Assembly (NCBI GenBank): GCA_050253415.1
Contig: JBFWJC010000001.1
Span: 1,128,679 to 1,192,678 of the forward strand
From: Pedobacter sp.
Lineage (GTDB): Bacteria; Desulfobacterota; Desulfuromonadia; Desulfuromonadales; Syntrophotaleaceae
Reading direction: 5' to 3'
DNA: 64,000 bases
Shown here: in pieces, positions 58,275 to 64,000 of the stretch
How positions within the stretch are numbered: position 1 is the stretch's first letter
How the letters are laid out: each line of letters begins with the position of its first letter
Notes under the pieces: generated by a model
Databases searched by the model: none
Told to the model about the DNA's origin: nothing
What the model saw: only the letters and a program-made list of their open reading frames with translations
Translations under genes and position numbers: made by a program

Positions 58275-60644
58275 TCAGGTGCCGGAAATCAAATGCCAGG
58301 GGGGGAGGGCTTGTTTTTGCCATAGCTTTTCAACCAGCGCTTTAGCGGTTTGTGGGTCGGCTTGCCTGCGGAATACCTCCTTGACCAGACTGCTACGCAA
58401 TTTACGCAAATCCGCGCGGTATCGATCAAGGATTGAGGAGGCAATAGTGCGATCAACCGGCAGATCCACCTTCCCGCAGCGCAACGCGGAGATGAGCTCA
58501 AGGGCTTGAGCTGTCTCCATGCCTTCGACCTGCAATGTGTGCCCTCCGGCTTCCTGCAGTTCGATAGTGCCGAAGAACTCCCCGGCGAGAGTCAAGGGGG
58601 CATCAAAACTGTAGGTACGCATTTCGGGGCGGTAGTAATCGTAGAGATAATGATCGGGAAACAGCGGGATGCCATCCATAAAAACCAGTTGGGCAACCGT
58701 TTCCATAAGATCTTGTTCGGTCAGATCGTGGTCGCGGTTGTCGCTGGCTTCGTTGGGTGCGGGTTTGACCGGCACTGGAAAATCCGCTTCCGTACCGAGC
58801 CACAATGACAGCTCCTGGTCGAGCAGTGCCGTGGAGGGCTCTCCTGCGCTTTTTGGCTGAAGTTTCAGCAGATTTTCCAGGGCTGTTTTACTTGGCAAAG
58901 GAAGGCCTTGTCGCAACACTTCAGTGCGCAAGGCGGAGCGGCGCGGCAGTGCTCGTCCACCGCTGGTAACGTGCCAGAGATAGCGACCAAGACTGGACCG
59001 GGAAAAGAGGAATATTCCTTCCACGGGTAGCTTTGACCAGGTTTGCTGGGTAGGGATGGAAAGCCTTGCATCATCGATCATGGCCCACACATCCTCAGGC
59101 AAAATCAGTGCCAGCGGCAACAAGGAAATGTGTCCCTGATGTAGCTGAGCATTGGTAATACAGCGAGACTGTCGGGGATGTTCCACCACAATAGAAGTAT
59201 CTGGTTGCTGCCCCTTGCAAAATTGCAGACACAGGCTGTGGTCTGTTTCCCATACCTTTTCCAGGGTGCTGGTTTCCAGGATCAGCCCAAGCAGTTGACG
59301 TCCGTAGCTGCTGGCCAGCCAGCGTGGTGGTGTAGCCAGGCTGAAACTTGCTCCTTCTGCACCAATTCCCAGCAGGTGTAACAGGTGCCAGGTCCATTGG
59401 GGGGCTCTAGGCGGAAAGCGAAAACGCCGTGCCGGCCATGAAAGTCTCAATTGTGCGGCCAGCGATTGCCGCTCGGTGGTGGTGGGCAATCGGCCGTCCA
59501 TGAGGGTGCCGCAGATATGGTCCGGCGCAGGCCCGGGGGGAATGGTCATCGGATCGGCGGAGTAACCGAGAGGGGGCGAAAGCTTATAACCCTGGCGCAA
59601 TAGTGATTGCAATGCCAGCATCGCGGGACTGGCTACAATCATCTGAGGCGTATTTGTGTCCAGGATGCCGTTGGGGTGAATCAGTAAGACTGTTGAGGAG
59701 CCAGGCTTTATGGGGGCGGGGAGGGGGCATCCGCCAAGCTCTGAGGCTACCTTTTTTTGCAGAATCTCCAGCGCCTGAAGGGTGCCTTCAGGGTTTCGGG
59801 CCATCCCCAGTTGGGTCAATCGGTGCAGCAGCAGATGCAGACTTACCAGGGCTTCTTCCGGGAGGTCGATTTCGGTTGGCCGTCTTCGCATGGTTCGGGG
59901 CAGTACAGACGGCAGCTTGCCGATAGCATCATCCACTGCCGCCTCTAGTTTTGCGGGTTGTACGGCCTTTGGCAGCGCATCGTACAGGGCCAGGGCGATA
60001 ATGCGAGTTAATGTCAGCATGGCTTTGCCAAGAGCCTGTCGCTCGGCGGAATAGCCGGTTTGCTCGTTGTTATCCATCCCCCGATGGATGCGATAGTGCT
60101 CGGTCAGCGGTGCCAGAAGTGATAACAAGGTGGCGCGCGACAAGTTGGCAAGATAGTAGGGGGATAGTTTGTCCGGCGAAACCGCACCCAGGACACTGAA
60201 GGTTTTCATCTCCTCCATCAATGCCATGAGGGCTTCGTGAAAGTCCACCGGACCAGGGTTCGGGCTGCGCCCGATAGGAAGTGTTTTGACTTTTTCCCAA
60301 TTGTTCAGGCGGAGTTGCCACAGGGCTATTTCGTTGACGCCCCAGGCTACATAATAGTTGAGACCGAGGGCGTCGGCACAAAGCTGACCTTGGGGCAGGG
60401 GCTCGGGCTCATCCCTGTCGGGAAAGAAAATAGCTCCTCCGGCCATATGACTGTCGCGATTGATCCAGAATACCAAGGGGGGGGTGATTTCACCCGCTTC
60501 GGTGAGCAGGGGGGCAAATGTTTCAACTCTGCGGAAGGGTGAACGCCCGCCAGTGATGAACTCTTTTGCCCACAGGGCCAACTGCTGTGCAAGTTGGCGA
60601 AGAGTATCTTGATCCATTTTTGAGGATTTCTCGGGGATTTTCAT
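58275..60644 (-). CDS. Large hypothetical protein, probable catalytically inactive type IIG R-M-like fold
   Basis: Open ~790-aa frame downstream of ruvB; segments resemble PD-(D/E)xK and N6-MTase scaffolds without catalytic motifs; start 60644 or 60617. Confidence 0.75.
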   Translation of the reverse strand: MKIPEKSSKMDQDTLRQLAQQLALWAKEFITGGRSPFRRVETFAPLLTEAGEITPPLVFWINRDSHMAGGAIFFPDRDEPEPLPQGQLCADALGLNYYVAWGVNEIALWQLRLNNWEKVKTLPIGRSPNPGPVDFHEALMALMEEMKTFSVLGAVSPDKLSPYYLANLSRATLLSLLAPLTEHYRIHRGMDNNEQTGYSAERQALGKAMLTLTRIIALALYDALPKAVQPAKLEAAVDDAIGKLPSVLPRTMRRRPTEIDLPEEALVSLHLLLHRLTQLGMARNPEGTLQALEILQKKVASELGGCPLPAPIKPGSSTVLLIHPNGILDTNTPQMIVASPAMLALQSLLRQGYKLSPPLGYSADPMTIPPGPAPDHICGTLMDGRLPTTTERQSLAAQLRLSWPARRFRFPPRAPQWTWHLLHLLGIGAEGASFSLATPPRWLASSYGRQLLGLILETSTLEKVWETDHSLCLQFCKGQQPDTSIVVEHPRQSRCITNAQLHQGHISLLPLALILPEDVWAMIDDARLSIPTQQTWSKLPVEGIFLFSRSSLGRYLWHVTSGGRALPRRSALRTEVLRQGLPLPSKTALENLLKLQPKSAGEPSTALLDQELSLWLGTEADFPVPVKPAPNEASDNRDHDLTEQDLMETVAQLVFMDGIPLFPDHYLYDYYRPEMRTYSFDAPLTLAGEFFGTIELQEAGGHTLQVEGMETAQALELISALRCGKVDLPVDRTIASSILDRYRADLRKLRSSLVKEVFRRQADPQTAKALVEKLWQKQALPPWHLISGT

Positions 60645-60690
60645 TGTTTCGACAAAACGTGAAAGGAGGTGAGCCCGTAAGCAGCTGGCA

Positions 60691-61716
60691 TCAATTGAAC
60701 AGTTCCCCGGATATTTTGCTCCGAGGTGTTTGACGCTGAAAATGACGATAAGCAAGCTCGGTGGCCATGCGACCACGCGGTGTTCTGTTCAGGTAGCCGT
60801 TTTGCAACAAGTAGGGTTCGATGACATCCTCAATGGTATCTTTTTCTTCTCCGACGGCTGCCGCCAATGTTTCCAGACCTACCGGGCCGCCGGCAAATTT
60901 ATCGATGATGGCCAACAACAGCAGCCGGTCCATGTGATCCAGGCCGCAGTTGTCAACTTCAAGACGCGACAGAGCAAGGTCGGCGATGGCGCGGGTAATG
61001 ACGCCATCTCCCTTAACCTGGGCAAAATCCCGCACCCGTCGCAAAAGACGATTCGTGATGCGCGGCGTGCCCCGGCTGCGGCGGGCGATTTCAATCTGAC
61101 CCTCTTTTTCAATCGGGATGTCCAGCAGCCGAGCACTGCGGCCGGCAATGGTGGCAAGCTCATCGTGGGTATAAAACTCCAACCGGCAGATAACTCCGAA
61201 TCGATCGCGCAGAGGCGATGACAGCAAGCCGGCCCGGGTCGTTGCTCCAACCAGGGTGAAACGGGGGATATCGAGTTTTATGGTTCGTGCCGAGGGGCCC
61301 TGACCGATGATAATGTCCAACTGATAGTCTTCCATGGCCGGATAGAGAATCTCTTCAACCACGGGTGACAACCGATGGATCTCATCGATGAACAGGACGT
61401 CGCCTTCGGATAGGTTGGTCAGAATAGCAGCAAGATCCCCCGGTTTTTCGATGACGGGCCCGGAGGTACTTTTGATACTGACCCCCATTTCACTGGCGAC
61501 AATGTTGGCCAAGGTGGTTTTTCCAAGGCCTGGCGGTCCGTAAAATAGTACGTGGTCGAGAGATTCCTGGCGCCCGCGGGCCGCATCGATGAAAACCTGC
61601 AGATTCTCCTTGGCTTTGCTCTGGCCTATGTATTCCGCCAGGACGCGGGGGCGCAATGATGCTTCGCAGCGATCTTCTTCGCTGGTGAAATCGGGTGTAA
61701 CGAATCGCTCGGTCAT
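60691..61716 (-). CDS. ruvB: Holliday junction branch migration helicase
   Basis: LRP....[43 protein letters not shown]. Confidence 0.98.
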   Translation of the reverse strand: MTERFVTPDFTSEEDRCEASLRPRVLAEYIGQSKAKENLQVFIDAARGRQESLDHVLFYGPPGLGKTTLANIVASEMGVSIKSTSGPVIEKPGDLAAILTNLSEGDVLFIDEIHRLSPVVEEILYPAMEDYQLDIIIGQGPSARTIKLDIPRFTLVGATTRAGLLSSPLRDRFGVICRLEFYTHDELATIAGRSARLLDIPIEKEGQIEIARRSRGTPRITNRLLRRVRDFAQVKGDGVITRAIADLALSRLEVDNCGLDHMDRLLLLAIIDKFAGGPVGLETLAAAVGEEKDTIEDVIEPYLLQNGYLNRTPRGRMATELAYRHFQRQTPRSKISGELFN

Positions 61717-61940
61717 ACTAGCCTGTCTGCGGGATATCGTATTCAGGTTTATCGGTGGAATATATAAATAAACCAGGCGGGTGCGTGCCATCGGGCACCA
61801 GCCACAAACGATCTTTGGGCGGTATCACTTTCAGCCAAATACCGTATGCAAAACCACCCCTGTTACGTTTTAGAATACAGGGATTAGCATTTCATTCAAA
61901 GGAAAAATTCTCCCGTTGTCAGCCTTGAAAATTCTGTGTA

Positions 61941-62537
61941 TCAACGCATGAGCACCTTGAGTGCTTGCTTCAGGATGTCTTCCAGGGGAGTGCCGGGTGT
62001 CAGATCAAGCCCGTCTAACGCTTTGCGCGAGAGGTTTTCCTTGTAGCCCAGGTTGACCAGGGCTGACAGGGCATCTTCTTGCAAATCAGGAGTGGTTGAT
62101 GCAGGGGGCCGAGTGCTGCCGATGTCGGTAAATTCAACCCGACCAATTTTTTCCCTCAATTCAAGAACCAGTCGTTCAGCCGTTTTTTTACCGATCCCGG
62201 GTACCGTGGCCAGGTGCTTGGCATTACCTTGGGATAATGCTTGCCGCAGCTCTGCCGTTGGAAGGTGGGATAGGATATTCAGGGCGACTTTGGGGCCGAC
62301 GCCGGATACGGACAGCAACAGGCCGAACAAGTCTTTTTCCGCTTCGGTGTGGAACCCGAACAATAGCAGGGCGTCTTCGCGTACATGGGTATGCACCTGC
62401 AGGCGTACGGTCCCTTCATCGGGCAGGGCATAGTAGGTGGACAGGGGGATCAGTAAACGATAACCCACTCCGCCAACATCAAGAATAACCTGACTGACCG
62501 TTTTTTGAACCAGTTGTCCGCTAAGCAGGGCGATCAT
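61941..62537 (-). CDS. ruvA: Holliday junction DNA-binding subunit
   Basis: GGVGY, HVRED, VSGVGPK, VPGIGKKTAER, ALVNLGY. Confidence 0.97.
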   Translation of the reverse strand: MIALLSGQLVQKTVSQVILDVGGVGYRLLIPLSTYYALPDEGTVRLQVHTHVREDALLLFGFHTEAEKDLFGLLLSVSGVGPKVALNILSHLPTAELRQALSQGNAKHLATVPGIGKKTAERLVLELREKIGRVEFTDIGSTRPPASTTPDLQEDALSALVNLGYKENLSRKALDGLDLTPGTPLEDILKQALKVLMR

Positions 62538-62577
62538 AATCGTCTTTCCGGGGAGTCTCGTAAGGAGGAGCGGATTT

Positions 62578-63060
62578 TTATGCCAGACTGTTGAACTGGT
62601 AGCAGTGCGCGTGACAGATAGCTACCGCCAAGGCGTCCGAAGCGTCTTCCTGGGCGATTTCCGGCAGGTTCAACAGCACTTTTACCATTTGCTGAACCTG
62701 CGGTTTGGCGGCTTTGCCATAGCCGACGACGGCTTTTTTGACTTCCACCGCAGTATATTCGGCGACCGGCAGTTCGGCATTGACGCCGGCCAACATGGCT
62801 ACGCCTCGCGCGTGCCCCAGTTTAAGGGCGGACAATGCATTTTTTGCGACAAATATGCGTTCCACGGCCATCAATACAGGAGCATAGTCGGTGATGACGC
62901 GGCACAGCTCATTGTAGATGGTTTTAAGCCGCTCCGGCAGGGGGTCGTCGGCACGCGTGTAAATAGCGCCATTGTCGATATGCACCAAACGGTTACCGAT
63001 TTTTTCAACCAGACCATATCCGGTAATACGGGTGCCGGGATCGATTCCAATAATTCTCAT
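62578..63060 (-). CDS. ruvC: Crossover junction endodeoxyribonuclease
   Basis: [32 protein letters not shown]. Confidence 0.97.
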   Translation of the reverse strand: MRIIGIDPGTRITGYGLVEKIGNRLVHIDNGAIYTRADDPLPERLKTIYNELCRVITDYAPVLMAVERIFVAKNALSALKLGHARGVAMLAGVNAELPVAEYTAVEVKKAVVGYGKAAKPQVQQMVKVLLNLPEIAQEDASDALAVAICHAHCYQFNSLA

Positions 63061-63083
63061 GGCATGTCAGGTTCGCTTCAAGG

Positions 63084-63109
63084 AAAAAAGGCGGGGACAT
63101 GCCCCGCCT
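63084..63109 (-). terminator. Terminator-like hairpin between yebC and ruvC
   Basis: AGGCGGGG-CATGT-CCCCGCC then T6 on minus strand. Confidence 0.7.
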
Positions 63110-63136
63110 GGATCAGCCGTAAATCTTTTGCTGCGA

Positions 63137-63883
63137 TTAACCCATGATGTTGGCGATGTCTTCATCCGAGATATCGAAGTTGGCGTAGACGTTTTGTACG
63201 TCGTCGTTATCCTCAAGTTTATCCATCATCTTGAGCATCTGCTCCGCCTGCTTACCTTCCAGTTGAACCATGGTTTGGGGGATCATGGTGACTTCTGCAG
63301 TCTCCCACTTTAAACCCTTGGCGGCGATGGCGTCGCGCACCTCCATGAAGTTGGAAGGATCGGTGATAATTTCGTAGGCGTCCCCTTCGTCCTTGACGTC
63401 TTCAGCGCCGGCTTCCAGCGCTACTTCGAACAGGGCGTCGAAATCCTGCTCGGTATTGAAGGAGATAAGCCCCTTGCGATCGAACAGAAAAGCTACAGAA
63501 CCATTCACTCCGAGGCTACCGTTATGCCTGCTGAAGATATACCGGACATCGGCCACCGTGCGGGTACGGTTGTCGGTCATGAATTCAACGATAACCGCGA
63601 CCCCTCCCGGGCCATAGCCTTCAAATGTTCCTTCTTCGTAATTGACTCCATCCAGATCGCCGCTGCCCTTTTTGACGGCTCGCTCGATGGTGTCTTTGGG
63701 CATGTTGGCTTCTTTGGCCTTGTCGATGGCGGTTCGCAGGCGCGCATTGGCCTCGGCATCGCCACCGCCAATTTTGGCGGCAACGGTAATTTCCTTGATC
63801 AGTTTGGTGAAAATCTTGCCCCGCTTGGCGTCCTGGGCACCTTTACGGTGCTTGATATTCGCCCATTTACTATGACCTGCCAT
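63137..63883 (-). CDS. yebC: YebC/PmpR-family protein
   Basis: [34 protein letters not shown]. Confidence 0.96.
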   Translation of the reverse strand: MAGHSKWANIKHRKGAQDAKRGKIFTKLIKEITVAAKIGGGDAEANARLRTAIDKAKEANMPKDTIERAVKKGSGDLDGVNYEEGTFEGYGPGGVAVIVEFMTDNRTRTVADVRYIFSRHNGSLGVNGSVAFLFDRKGLISFNTEQDFDALFEVALEAGAEDVKDEGDAYEIITDPSNFMEVRDAIAAKGLKWETAEVTMIPQTMVQLEGKQAEQMLKMMDKLEDNDDVQNVYANFDISDEDIANIMG

Positions 63884-64000
63884 GGTCAGTATCTCCTTGA
63901 TTCCATTTGGATCTTTAAAATTTGATAGGTTCTTTCGAACAAAATCTGTTGGATTAAGGTGCGCCTGCCAGGTTGAATCGGAGATTGCAGGCAGCTTGTC

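Noticed and set aside
61776..61792. TGGCACGC upstream of ruvB as a sigma54 site
   Set aside because: The GC is off by one and the TTGC is absent; -24/-12 spacing is strict.

Overview
A 64-kb, mostly core-genome chromosomal segment from an anaerobic deltaproteobacterium. Gene content and order suggest Desulfuromonadales (Pelobacter/Syntrophotalea/Geobacter-like); this is inferred, not database-verified. In order it holds: trpDCF, a DEAD-box helicase, UDG, accD-folC-lptD, comEA-like, ftsB, argS-SPOR and tRNA-fMet. Next is a ~5.5-kb decaying accessory patch (KamA-like radical-SAM pseudogene, Mrp ATPase, three NifB/NifX-like genes, an unannotated MinD/ferredoxin-ATPase remnant, a PAS-sigma54 activator, a MITE-like element). 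Then come nfnAB, a HEAT/HD-GYP/HEAT module, coaE, IclR, truD, trmB, aroF, priA, two-component genes, a heme cluster (ahbD-like, hemE, hemH, hemY), rbgA, FKBP, two csp paralogues with a shared structured leader, ntrYX-like, lpxC with a perfect sigma54 promoter, ubiB-like/phasin-like/patatin, a large orphan and ruvB-ruvA-ruvC-yebC. The most notable leads are: (1) the ~790-aa ORF after ruvB, which looks like a type IIG restriction-modification enzyme with both catalytic sites lost but the frame intact; (2) an HD-GYP enzyme with an RxxQ signature (possible cGAMP phosphodiesterase) that shares an unnamed N-terminal domain with its HEAT-repeat neighbour; (3) a conserved, co-varying ~155-nt RNA structure upstream of both csp genes. 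No CRISPR array, rRNA, integrase or transposase was seen. All family assignments come from motif recognition by eye; no searches were run.
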